Positions 39,766-48,791 of a stretch of 64,000 nucleotides of DNA are shown one piece after another. The notes below the pieces were generated by a model. It saw nothing but the letters and a program-made list of their open reading frames with translations, was not told where the DNA came from and made no database searches. The position numbers and the translations under genes were made by a program. Source of the stretch: an uncultured Alphaproteobacteria bacterium (GTDB lineage Bacteria > Pseudomonadota > Alphaproteobacteria > Acetobacterales > Acetobacteraceae); contig CAVWVL010000003.1 of NCBI GenBank assembly GCA_963758415.1, positions 42,022-106,021 of the forward strand. The letters are read 5' to 3'. How positions within the stretch are numbered: position 1 is the first letter of the stretch; every line of letters begins with the position of its first letter.

Positions 39766-41319
39766 TCAGCCGCCGAGAGATGCTTCGCGCTCGCGCAGCA
39801 CTTTGCGATTTACTTTCCCGGCGGGTGTCTTGGGCAGTTCGTCGACGAAAGCGATCAGGCGTGGATACTCGTGCTGGCTGAGCCGTGCACGGACGAAATC
39901 CTGCAATTCCTTGGCGAAGCCGGCATCCGGCACGCGATCGGCGACAACGAATGCCTTCACGACCTGTCCGCGGATTGCGTCGGCTGCTCCAATCACGGCG
40001 GCTTCCTTCACCGCCGGATGCTTCAGCAGCATGTTCTCCACCTCGACCGCGCCGATGGTCCAGCCAGCGGAAATGATTACGTCATCGGCTCTGCCGCCGT
40101 GATGGAAATATCCGTCCTCATCGACCTGGCCGCGGTCCTTGGTCGAGAACCAGGTGTTGTGGCGCCACACCTTGATCTCGCCCGTTTCCCCCGCCGCGCA
40201 GGACTTTCCGTCCGGGCCTTGAACCTCCACGCGGATACCGGGCACGGCCTTGCCCAGCGCACCGCGCTTCACGACGAAGTCCGCCGCGCCGGGATAATTC
40301 GCCAGGATGACGCCAACTTCGGTCGTTCCATACATGCCGCACAGGATGGCCCCGAAGCTGGCTTCCGCAAAGCCGAGGCTCTCGCTGTCGATCGGCTCGC
40401 CGGTGAACGACATCTTTTCGAGAGTGATTCGATATCGCGGCGCGGCCCCGCTGTTCTTCATCATCCGGTAGTGCGTGGCGGCGGCGGACAGGTTGGTCGT
40501 GCCAGAATCCTGCAACGCGCGCAGCAGACGTTCGGCGTCGAATTTCCCCGAGTAGGTGCCGGTTTGGACACCGAGGGCAAGCGGCGCCAGCGTGCCATGC
40601 CAGAGCCCGTGCCCCCAGGCCGGTGAGGACGGACAGAAGAACCTGTCGCCTGGCCGGATCCCGGTGCCGTAAAGCGCCGCCACCATCACGACGACGATCG
40701 CTCGATGCGTGTGCCGAACGGCAGCCGGCAGGTCGCGGGTCGTTCCGGATGTATACTGGTAGATCGCCAGGTCATCGGCGCTGGTGTTTGGCTCGAAACT
40801 GTCGGGAAGCCGGCCAATCGTCTCCATCAGGCTCGCATCCGTGACCACGACCCGCACTCCAGCGGCATCGCCGAGCTCGGTTGCCTTTTCGGCGTTGGTA
40901 AGTAACAGGCGCGGTGCGCAATCGTCGATCCGCAAGCGGACGCCGTCAGGTCCAAACAGGGTGAACAGCGGCACCGCGATTGCGCCGCATTTCATCGCGC
41001 CAAACAGCACGGCATAGAAGGCCAGTGAAGGTTCCAGCATGATGGCGACGCGGTCGCCCTTGTCGATCCCATTCGCAACCAGCCAGTTCGCGAATTGCGA
41101 TGACAGCAGCGAGATCGTTCGGAATGTGATGCGCTCGTCGCGGCCGTCGGCAAACGCCACCCATACCGCGACCCGTGATGTGTCGGCGGCATGCCGGTCA
41201 ATGCATTCGTGAGCAATATTGAGCTTCGCCCTGGTCCCGTCGAACAACTCCCACAGGCGTTGCGGCGCGAAATGACGATGCGCATCCTGATAGGTTGTGT
41301 AGTCGGCGAGGATCGTCAT
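39766..41319 (-). CDS. Acyl-CoA synthetase (AMP-forming)
   Basis: YTSGTT, YGTTE, TKDRG...GRADDVI, PKTPAGKVNR. Confidence 0.92.
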   Translation of the reverse strand: MTILADYTTYQDAHRHFAPQRLWELFDGTRAKLNIAHECIDRHAADTSRVAVWVAFADGRDERITFRTISLLSSQFANWLVANGIDKGDRVAIMLEPSLAFYAVLFGAMKCGAIAVPLFTLFGPDGVRLRIDDCAPRLLLTNAEKATELGDAAGVRVVVTDASLMETIGRLPDSFEPNTSADDLAIYQYTSGTTRDLPAAVRHTHRAIVVVMVAALYGTGIRPGDRFFCPSSPAWGHGLWHGTLAPLALGVQTGTYSGKFDAERLLRALQDSGTTNLSAAATHYRMMKNSGAAPRYRITLEKMSFTGEPIDSESLGFAEASFGAILCGMYGTTEVGVILANYPGAADFVVKRGALGKAVPGIRVEVQGPDGKSCAAGETGEIKVWRHNTWFSTKDRGQVDEDGYFHHGGRADDVIISAGWTIGAVEVENMLLKHPAVKEAAVIGAADAIRGQVVKAFVVADRVPDAGFAKELQDFVRARLSQHEYPRLIAFVDELPKTPAGKVNRKVLREREASLGG

Positions 41320-41325
41320 TCCGTG

Positions 41326-42510
41326 CTAAATCTCCACGGTCAAGGCATTGTACTCATACAGCCAGTCGAAGCGCTTTCGCACTATCTCCGGACGGAACTC
41401 CCGCTCCACATAGGCTGCCGCGCCTGCCGCGTCGCCCAGCTCGGCGTTGTGAAAACGCCTCGTGTTATCCGAAGATCCCCGCACGATGGCGGCTGTCCGT
41501 TGCAGGCGCGCAGCTTCGTAACGCCGCAGCGCCTCGGGTGGGTCGACAGCATCCAGACAGCGGGCGATGATCATCGCGTCTTCCAGCGCCATATTCGCAC
41601 CCTGCGCCAGAAACGGCAGCGTCGGGTGCGCCGCGTCGCCCATCACGCAGACCCGGCCTTGCGCATAGTGATCCAGCGGCTCCCGACCCAGCAACGCCCA
41701 TTTGAACGGCGTATCGATATTGCGGATGATCGTCTTCACGTCCTGGTGCCAGTTGGCGAGGTCGCGCAGGCACTCCTCGTGACTTCCAGGCTCCGTCCAT
41801 GATTCCACGAGCCAATCGTCCCGCTCCACTATGCCGACGAAATTGAGTATCTCGCCGCGCCGCAGCGGGTAGGTAACGACATGGCCGCCCACGCCGATCC
41901 AGTTGGCACCGACCAGCCGGCGTTGATGCGGTGGCAGGCGCTCCATCGGCACCAGGCCGCGCCAGGCCATTATGCCCGTGAAATGGGCCGCACCCTGGCC
42001 GAACATCTGTTGACGGATACGGGAATGAACGCCGTCGGCACCGATCAGCACGTCCCCGGTGACATGGTCGCCGTTGGCGAGATGCAGTGTCACCCGGTCG
42101 GTGCTCTGATCGAAACCAACGCAACCATTGCCCACGCGAACCGTCTCCGGGTCGGCCTGCCGCACAGCATCGAGCAACACCCTGTGGAAGTCGCCGCGAT
42201 GCACCATCCAGTAAGGCGCCCCAAACCGCTCGACCGACGAATCCCCGAGATCGAAGGTACGCCAGCTTTGCCCCGTCGAGCCGAGCCGAATCTCCTTCCC
42301 GGTGGCAGAGCAGACAACCTGCCGCATGGGCGATTCCAGGCCGAGGGCGATCAGAACGCGCGTGCCGTTGGCGCCAAGCTGCACGCCGGCCCCGACTTCC
42401 CGCAGTTCAGTGGCTTGCTCGAAGACACGCACATGATGGCCGCGCCGCAGCAGCGCCAGGGCCGCGGTCAGACCACCCAGGCCGGCCCCAGCGATCAGGA
42501 CATCGACCAT
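41326..42510 (-). CDS. FAD-dependent monooxygenase (salicylate hydroxylase/NicC-like group A)
   Basis: IAGAGLGGL, IGADGVHS, MGDAAHPTLPFLAQGANMALEDA. Confidence 0.92.
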   Translation of the reverse strand: MVDVLIAGAGLGGLTAALALLRRGHHVRVFEQATELREVGAGVQLGANGTRVLIALGLESPMRQVVCSATGKEIRLGSTGQSWRTFDLGDSSVERFGAPYWMVHRGDFHRVLLDAVRQADPETVRVGNGCVGFDQSTDRVTLHLANGDHVTGDVLIGADGVHSRIRQQMFGQGAAHFTGIMAWRGLVPMERLPPHQRRLVGANWIGVGGHVVTYPLRRGEILNFVGIVERDDWLVESWTEPGSHEECLRDLANWHQDVKTIIRNIDTPFKWALLGREPLDHYAQGRVCVMGDAAHPTLPFLAQGANMALEDAMIIARCLDAVDPPEALRRYEAARLQRTAAIVRGSSDNTRRFHNAELGDAAGAAAYVEREFRPEIVRKRFDWLYEYNALTVEI

Positions 42511-42925
42511 TGCACGCTCCTTCCCGCGGTGTTGTCTCCTCAGCCACACGGCGCTGATTGCAACGAGTCCCGCGAGCCGATCATGATGAACCAATCGGCC
42601 TCACGCAACGATGCCCCGGGTCAAGCTTGTCGGCTGGCCGCTATAGCCATTGGTTCCGAGGTGCTGGTAGACTGGCCCCTAAGGCCCGACCGGACAATCT
42701 GGCGGCGATCGAATGGGGATTAGAACATGTCCACGAGTAACCGGGCCGTGGTGCCTGGCTGCGAACTCGGCGCGCACCGCCGCGAGTTCGTCCAGCATCG
42801 GTAATGGATTATCTGGCGCGGCGGCGGCTCGACCCTGAGGCCGAATCCCGTGTGCGGGGGCAGCATTTGCGCCGCCGCGCTCGATTTGTGAATGTCCTCT
42901 CCATCACAGCCGGGTGCGCTACCTG

Positions 42926-43927
42926 ATGTCGTCCCCACCTGCTTTCACCCTAAACCAGCTTCGCATTTTTCTCGCCGTGGCGCATTCGCGATCGCTTACG
43001 CATGCGGCAAAGATCCTGGATCAAACACAGCCCTCCTTGTCGCAGCACATCGCAAAGCTCGAAGACGCCGTTGGACAGCTTTTGTTCCAGCGTGGCCGCG
43101 GTCAGTTGGAACTGACGGATGCCGGTGCGTTCCTGTTGCGTCGTGCCGAGATCATCATGACCGAGGTCGATGAAGCGGCACGGGGGTTGGCGGACCACGC
43201 AAGGGGAGTCCGCGGCGTGCTGTCGGTTGGCATGGCGAGTTCGATCGCCCGGAATTTGTTGCCTGACGTGCAGTCGCGGTTGGCGGAGACATTCCCGGAC
43301 GTCGAGCTCGATGTGCACGAAGTGGCACCCGCCGAGGCCGTCGAGATGCTCTACACGCGGCAACTCACCGTTGCCGTGGTCTCCGCCGGATCACTCGCGA
43401 GCAGCAGCCTGACGTTCACCCAGACGGCAGTGTTCTCCGACCCCTATGTGTTGGCGGTGCCGCGCGGCCTCGACCTGTCCCGCGTCACCGATCCGGATTC
43501 GGAACTTGATGCCGACGAGCGGAGAATACTCAACAGTGTGGTTCAGTTCACGTTCGGCAGCACGTATCAATTGCGGATCGATGGTTGGTACCAGACCTTC
43601 TTGCCGGCCCATCGCGTGATCAGTCACGTCCGCTCCTACGAAATGGCTTTGGCAATGGTCCAGGCCAGACGCGGCGTAACGATTGTCCCGGCGCTCAGCG
43701 CACGCGTGAATGCCACGACCGGCTACGACGTGACGCTGTATAACGTCGGCATGGAAGATCGCCGGGTCGTTGCCTTGGTGCCGTCGCAATATCGCGCCAC
43801 GGAGCCGCAGGCAACGTTCATTGCTGCTCTTCGGGCGGCAGGCGACGCGATCCAGCCCCCCGAGGTTGAGCCGGCGCCGCCGTTTCTGCGTCCAGCCTTT
43901 TCCGTGGCCGAGGTGGCCGGGCAATAG
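42926..43927 (+). CDS. LysR-family transcriptional regulator
   Basis: LRIFLAVA..SLTHAA..L..TQPSLSQHIAKLE...LF.R; divergent from the monooxygenase operon. Confidence 0.93.
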   Translation: MSSPPAFTLNQLRIFLAVAHSRSLTHAAKILDQTQPSLSQHIAKLEDAVGQLLFQRGRGQLELTDAGAFLLRRAEIIMTEVDEAARGLADHARGVRGVLSVGMASSIARNLLPDVQSRLAETFPDVELDVHEVAPAEAVEMLYTRQLTVAVVSAGSLASSSLTFTQTAVFSDPYVLAVPRGLDLSRVTDPDSELDADERRILNSVVQFTFGSTYQLRIDGWYQTFLPAHRVISHVRSYEMALAMVQARRGVTIVPALSARVNATTGYDVTLYNVGMEDRRVVALVPSQYRATEPQATFIAALRAAGDAIQPPEVEPAPPFLRPAFSVAEVAGQ

Positions 43928-44081
43928 TAACCAACGCCTCGATTTCGGACACGTTCAGGGGTTGCCGTTTGGATCGGGCTGGCGTCTCTGCTATAAGGCG
44001 CGGCAGCAAAGATGCTTATCAACGCGGCGGAGATTGTCGGCCCCCGCAGGGCTCGTCCAGTTGTTCGCTTGGGGGGACGAC

Positions 44082-45158
44082 GTGTCAGGCCTGGCTCTCG
44101 AATTAGCTTATGCCAATCCGCCACAAGGTGAAATTTTGGCAATTCCGCGGCGCGACAGGCTATCCGAGAAATCGCGCCGCCAGACTTGGCGCCTGCTCGG
44201 CGCTTTACTGTCGATGCTCGCCGTGTCGACGGCGGCTGGCGCGAAAGGCACCGGGTATGTCTTCGTCAGCCATGAAAAGACCAACAACATAGCGGTGATT
44301 GACCCGAAACAAGACTATCGGATCATCAAGTGGATCGACACGTCCCACCGTCCGCGCGACATGAACTTCCGTCACGACCGGACCCAGCTACTCGTCGCTT
44401 GCGGCGACGATGATGTGATCGACGTGATCGATGTCGCAACGCTTCAGGTGGTCGATCATATCCCGACCGGCCCAAGCCCCGAAATGTTTGAACTCAGCCA
44501 CGATGAGGCCTCGCTCTACGTTTCGGATGAAGAAGCATCCGCGGTTCAGGAAATCAATATCAAGGATAAGATCATCGAGCGTGACATCGCGACCGGAGCT
44601 GAACCCGAGGGAATCGCTATAACCCCTGATGGAAAGACGCTTTACGTAACGTCCGAGGTGAGCGACATGGTCCATGTGGTCGACCTCGCGGCTGGAGCGG
44701 TGACGGACAACGTCGTGGTCGGCACTCGGCCTAGGCGCTTCCTTCTGCTACCCAATGGAAAAGAACTGTGGGTCTCGAACGAATTGTCAGGACAGGTCAC
44801 CATCATCGATCGCTCGACGAACCAGGTCTCCGCGACGATGAACTTCCTGCCGCCAGGATTCCGGCAGGTCGATGTGACGCCAGTTGGAATGACCATGACG
44901 AAGGACGGCGCCACCGCGATCATAACGCTCGGCCGAGCAAATTATGTCGCTTTCGTCGACACCGCCACGCGAAAGATCAAGGACTACGTACTGGTCGGGA
45001 ACCGGCCATGGGGCGTTGCGCTCAGCCCAGACGAAAAGACGCTTTACGTCGCAAACGGCCTGAGCGACGATCTCTCGATCGTCGACATGGCAAGTCACAA
45101 ATCAATCCGGGCCGTTCCAGTCGGACGGGTGCCGCATACGGTTCTAGTCGATGACTAG
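44082..45158 (+). CDS. YVTN beta-propeller protein, PQQ-catabolism-associated type (start uncertain)
   Basis: Repeated YVS/YVT/WVSNE/YVAN blades with G..P motifs; signal-peptide-like segment. Confidence 0.85.
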   Translation: MSGLALELAYANPPQGEILAIPRRDRLSEKSRRQTWRLLGALLSMLAVSTAAGAKGTGYVFVSHEKTNNIAVIDPKQDYRIIKWIDTSHRPRDMNFRHDRTQLLVACGDDDVIDVIDVATLQVVDHIPTGPSPEMFELSHDEASLYVSDEEASAVQEINIKDKIIERDIATGAEPEGIAITPDGKTLYVTSEVSDMVHVVDLAAGAVTDNVVVGTRPRRFLLLPNGKELWVSNELSGQVTIIDRSTNQVSATMNFLPPGFRQVDVTPVGMTMTKDGATAIITLGRANYVAFVDTATRKIKDYVLVGNRPWGVALSPDEKTLYVANGLSDDLSIVDMASHKSIRAVPVGRVPHTVLVDD

Positions 45159-46362
45159 ACTTTTGCGCGCGCTCCTGATCGCGGTGGCAATGACATTCGA
45201 GATCGGTGCGGTTTTGTCACCCACCGTTGGCCATTCCGAACCAGCCCCGGCGAAGCCGATGAAGCTCGGTTACGTCGAGCTCGAAGATGACCCGCGTTAC
45301 GCGAACAAGGGTGCCATCGGGGGCATCCAGTTCATTGATCTCGGGCGGCCATATCAAGCTAGTCAGGTCGCGCTTGAAGATGCGCGCTCGATCGGCCGCG
45401 TCACCAAGATCGACTTCAGTATGGAGAAGGTCACCGGTAAGTCGGTTGACGAGCTCTTCCAGCAAACCAGTGCCTGGATCGATTCCGGCGACATTCATTT
45501 CATCCTCGCCGATCTTCCGGCGCCCGCGCTGCTGGACCTGGCACGCCGGCTCAAGGACAAGCCGGTGCTTCTGTTCAACGTCTCGGCTCCCGACGATTCG
45601 CTGCGCGGCGCCAACTGCATGTCGAATGTGGCTCACACCTATCCCAGCGAGGCGATGCTGTCGGACGCCCTGATACAGTATCTCGACACCAAGGGATGGA
45701 TGCAGATTCTTGTCCTGCAGGGGCCTACCCCCGAAGATGCCGCCTTGGTGACATCGTTGCAGCATTCGGCGAAGAAATTCGGTGCGAAGATCGTCGACAC
45801 CAAGCCGTTCGTACTCTCCACCGATCCTCACAACCGCACGCAGAGTAATATCGTTCTGATGACGGAGGGTCGTTACGACGTCGTCTATGTCGCGGACAGC
45901 AGCGGCGAGTTCGGTCGCTACGTTCCGTATCAAACCAGTCTTCCCCGGCCGGTCGTCGGAAGTGCCGGACTGGTGCCAACGGCGTGGTCATGGAGCTGGG
46001 ACCGCGACGCCGCCGTCCAACTGCAACATCGATACCAGAAATCGGCGCCGGACCGCCGCATGAACGGCGCCGATTGGGCGGCGTGGGAAGCGGTGAAGGC
46101 AATTACGCAAGCAACCGTGCGATCGAAATCGACAGATTTTGATCCGGTGAAGGGGTTTCTGCTGAGCGATAAGCTCACGCTTGATACCGTGAAAGGCAAT
46201 CCCGGCAGCTTCAGGGCGTGGGATCATCAACTCCGGGCACCGGTGCTGCTCAGCACGGCCGACGCGGTGATTGCCCGGGCGCCGTTACCACAGTTTCTAC
46301 ATCAGAAAGACGTGCTGGATACGCTTGGGATTGACGCGCCCGAAAGTGCATGCCGGTTCTGA
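45151..46362 (+). CDS. ABC substrate-binding protein of the PQQ-alcohol dehydrogenase-associated type
   Basis: Signal peptide; FNVSAPDDSLRGANC, HT.PS.AMLSDAL.QYL, SFRAWDHQLR.PVLL. Confidence 0.82.
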   Translation: MTRLLRALLIAVAMTFEIGAVLSPTVGHSEPAPAKPMKLGYVELEDDPRYANKGAIGGIQFIDLGRPYQASQVALEDARSIGRVTKIDFSMEKVTGKSVDELFQQTSAWIDSGDIHFILADLPAPALLDLARRLKDKPVLLFNVSAPDDSLRGANCMSNVAHTYPSEAMLSDALIQYLDTKGWMQILVLQGPTPEDAALVTSLQHSAKKFGAKIVDTKPFVLSTDPHNRTQSNIVLMTEGRYDVVYVADSSGEFGRYVPYQTSLPRPVVGSAGLVPTAWSWSWDRDAAVQLQHRYQKSAPDRRMNGADWAAWEAVKAITQATVRSKSTDFDPVKGFLLSDKLTLDTVKGNPGSFRAWDHQLRAPVLLSTADAVIARAPLPQFLHQKDVLDTLGIDAPESACRF

Positions 46363-46410
46363 CTCCGTTGGGTTACCGGCGCGCGTCGCGCGAATTTTGG
46401 GGCCTTTGCA

Positions 46411-47142
46411 ATGACGAAGACACTGCGGAGTGTGAGTTGGCTGGCTACGTTTTTGGCCTGCATGGCACTGGCTACTCTTCCTCGGGCACAGGAGCGGTCG
46501 AAACGATTCAGCGTCTGGGATATTCACCTCGGCGACACCGCGTCCTCCATCCCGAACGAATACGTAAACTACGCATGCGGTACCAATGGAGGTCCGCCCT
46601 CGGTCCCACTGCCAAATTTTGCGTCATTCAAGAAGTGTAAACCGAACACGAACGGGTTGTACGAAGTCTATTTCGAATATGACGATGAGCTGGAATACCA
46701 GGCGCGGGCGCTGGAGAACCGTGCCGAAATCATGCGATATGCCGGAACCACCGTATTCGAGTTCCCGATCGTCGCGTCGGTGCTGTTCGATGAATCTGGC
46801 CGGGTTCGCGGTGAACGCATGGTGACGGACGCACGCCAGCAGACATCACGTGATCGCCTGGAGTTTTGGGAACTGGCGAATTTCCTGCGGCATAATTTCG
46901 GGGATGATACGTGGACCTGCAAAGACCTGCCGCCGGATGACGGAGAGGCGCCCGCCGGAACAAGATTCCTTAAAAACCATTGCGAAAAGACCGTCTCTGG
47001 AAAGCGCCTGATCCTCGAACAGCGCTTTTTCCAAAAGAAGGGTCAGCAGTTCATCGACCCCCAATCGGGCAGGCCGCAGCCGCAAGCGTTCGAGAGTGCG
47101 ACGCGCTTCGAAATGTACGACGCCGACTTGCCGTCGCGGTGA
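46411..47142 (+). CDS. Secreted hypothetical protein with four Cys
   Basis: Signal peptide; ACGTNGGPP..F..C, VYFEYDDELEY; co-oriented with the binding protein. Confidence 0.7.
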   Translation: MTKTLRSVSWLATFLACMALATLPRAQERSKRFSVWDIHLGDTASSIPNEYVNYACGTNGGPPSVPLPNFASFKKCKPNTNGLYEVYFEYDDELEYQARALENRAEIMRYAGTTVFEFPIVASVLFDESGRVRGERMVTDARQQTSRDRLEFWELANFLRHNFGDDTWTCKDLPPDDGEAPAGTRFLKNHCEKTVSGKRLILEQRFFQKKGQQFIDPQSGRPQPQAFESATRFEMYDADLPSR

Positions 47143-47151
47143 TGCTCCGCC

Positions 47152-47976
47152 TTACTGCCCCATGGTGCCATCGACGAGAACCGCACCCTGTGTTTTCATT
47201 CCGACGGTCACGGCTCCGTCGAGATTAGCTCCCTCCAGACGTGAACCGCGAAAATCGCCGTCCGTCAGGTCAGCGCCGCCGAAATCCGCTTTGAGAAAAT
47301 CCGTCTGACGGGCTGAGGCAGGCGACATTTTGGCGTTCCTGAAGCGCGCGCCGACAAAGCTGGCGCCGTCAGCGATGATCGCCGAGAGATCGCACCGACT
47401 GAGATTGGCACCGGTGAAATTCGCCATCTTCACATTGGCGTGGGCGAGGTCGCAGTCCGCCAACTCAGCGTCGACGGCGTTCACCCGGGACAGATCGACA
47501 TCCCGAAGCACGGAGCGGGTCAACCGGGAATGTCCCATGTGCGCCCGGATCATAACGGCGCCATCGAGCTGAGCGCCGCTCAAATCCGCGGCGTACAGCA
47601 GTGCCTCACTCAGATCGGCCCCCATCAGCTCGGCTCGTTTCATATCCGCCTTGTCGAGGTTCGCGTATCGCAAGTTGGCATGGCCAAGTTTTGCTTTGGT
47701 TAGTCGCGCGGCGTGCAGGACGGCATCGCTCAAATCTGCGCCGGTGAGATCGGCTCCACTGAGGTCACGACGTTTCAGGTTGACCCCCCGCAGATCGCAG
47801 CCGGGGCAGTCTTTGCTTGTACCGGCCAGGAACGCTTGCCGTTCGGGTGAATTCCTTACGTCTTGCGGCGCTTCGTCGGCAATCGCCGCCGCGGAACCGA
47901 ATAACGCGAGCGCCGCCCCGTATCGCAGCAGCAAGCGAAGCCCACGCCTGCCGAGATGAATTTCTTGAAACCGCAT
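47152..47976 (-). CDS. Pentapeptide-repeat protein (PedD-like), secreted
   Basis: CPGCDL followed by many A(D/N)LxG pentapeptides. Confidence 0.9.
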   Translation of the reverse strand: MRFQEIHLGRRGLRLLLRYGAALALFGSAAAIADEAPQDVRNSPERQAFLAGTSKDCPGCDLRGVNLKRRDLSGADLTGADLSDAVLHAARLTKAKLGHANLRYANLDKADMKRAELMGADLSEALLYAADLSGAQLDGAVMIRAHMGHSRLTRSVLRDVDLSRVNAVDAELADCDLAHANVKMANFTGANLSRCDLSAIIADGASFVGARFRNAKMSPASARQTDFLKADFGGADLTDGDFRGSRLEGANLDGAVTVGMKTQGAVLVDGTMGQ

Positions 47977-48146
47977 GACCGTCCTTGCTGACTCGATTGC
48001 GCCTAGGGTGTGACCACCAGTTATGATACGCTTAGGTCCGGAACAATAACAGACTGGGCGTCAGATCAACCCTGCGCCTTAACGCTCAATAGAAGCGCGG
48101 TCTCTCGACGTCCTGTCTTCGCGATGGAATCTACGGGAGGAAGAAC

Positions 48147-48686
48147 ATGTATCGTGACAAATCGCGTCTCTCCGCCGCCACCTCGGCGCACACCGGCGCG
48201 GCCGGGATCGTGGCGTTGGCGGTCGTTGCTTGCCTCACCGGGCGCGCGACTGCCCAGGAGAACCGTGTCGCCGAAGGGCAAAGGATTTGGGTGGAAAAGG
48301 CGCAGTGCCAGGAGTGTCACGGCTGGGCCGGCAATGGTGAAAGTTCCGTAATCCATTCTGAGGGCAGGGCGCCCTCGCTTCGTCTCACGCAGCTCACCCG
48401 TGACCAGATCAGAATGACTATACAGTGCGGCAGACCGGGAACACCGATGCCCCACTTCGACCGATTTGCCTACACGGACAAGCGTTGCTACGACATGACT
48501 GAAGAGGATCTCGGTGACAGCGTTCCGAATCGAGGCGCGATCACGCTGCAGTCTTACGAGATCGATGCCTTGGCCGATTACATTGCGGTCAAGATCAAAG
48601 GCGCCGGGCCAGTGACGCGGGGCCAGTGCGCTGACTTCTTCAAGGCCGAAGCTGGCAGCCGTTGTAAGAGATATCCCGAACAATAA
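48147..48686 (+). CDS. c-type cytochrome (monoheme)
   Basis: CQECHG heme motif, GRPGTPMP axial Met region, signal peptide. Confidence 0.85.
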   Translation: MYRDKSRLSAATSAHTGAAGIVALAVVACLTGRATAQENRVAEGQRIWVEKAQCQECHGWAGNGESSVIHSEGRAPSLRLTQLTRDQIRMTIQCGRPGTPMPHFDRFAYTDKRCYDMTEEDLGDSVPNRGAITLQSYEIDALADYIAVKIKGAGPVTRGQCADFFKAEAGSRCKRYPEQ

Positions 48687-48791
48687 TCCGCACGATAAAC
48701 ATTCTCACAGAGAACGCGCCACGTCGTGCTCCGATTTCGCGGAGCACGATGCAGTTGACCAGCCGTCTCGTGATACCGACGGCGAGTGGGC

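Noticed and set aside
47152-47976. Periodic repeats suggestive of an array
   Set aside because: Explained by pentapeptide-repeat coding; no CRISPR-like repeat-spacer structure.
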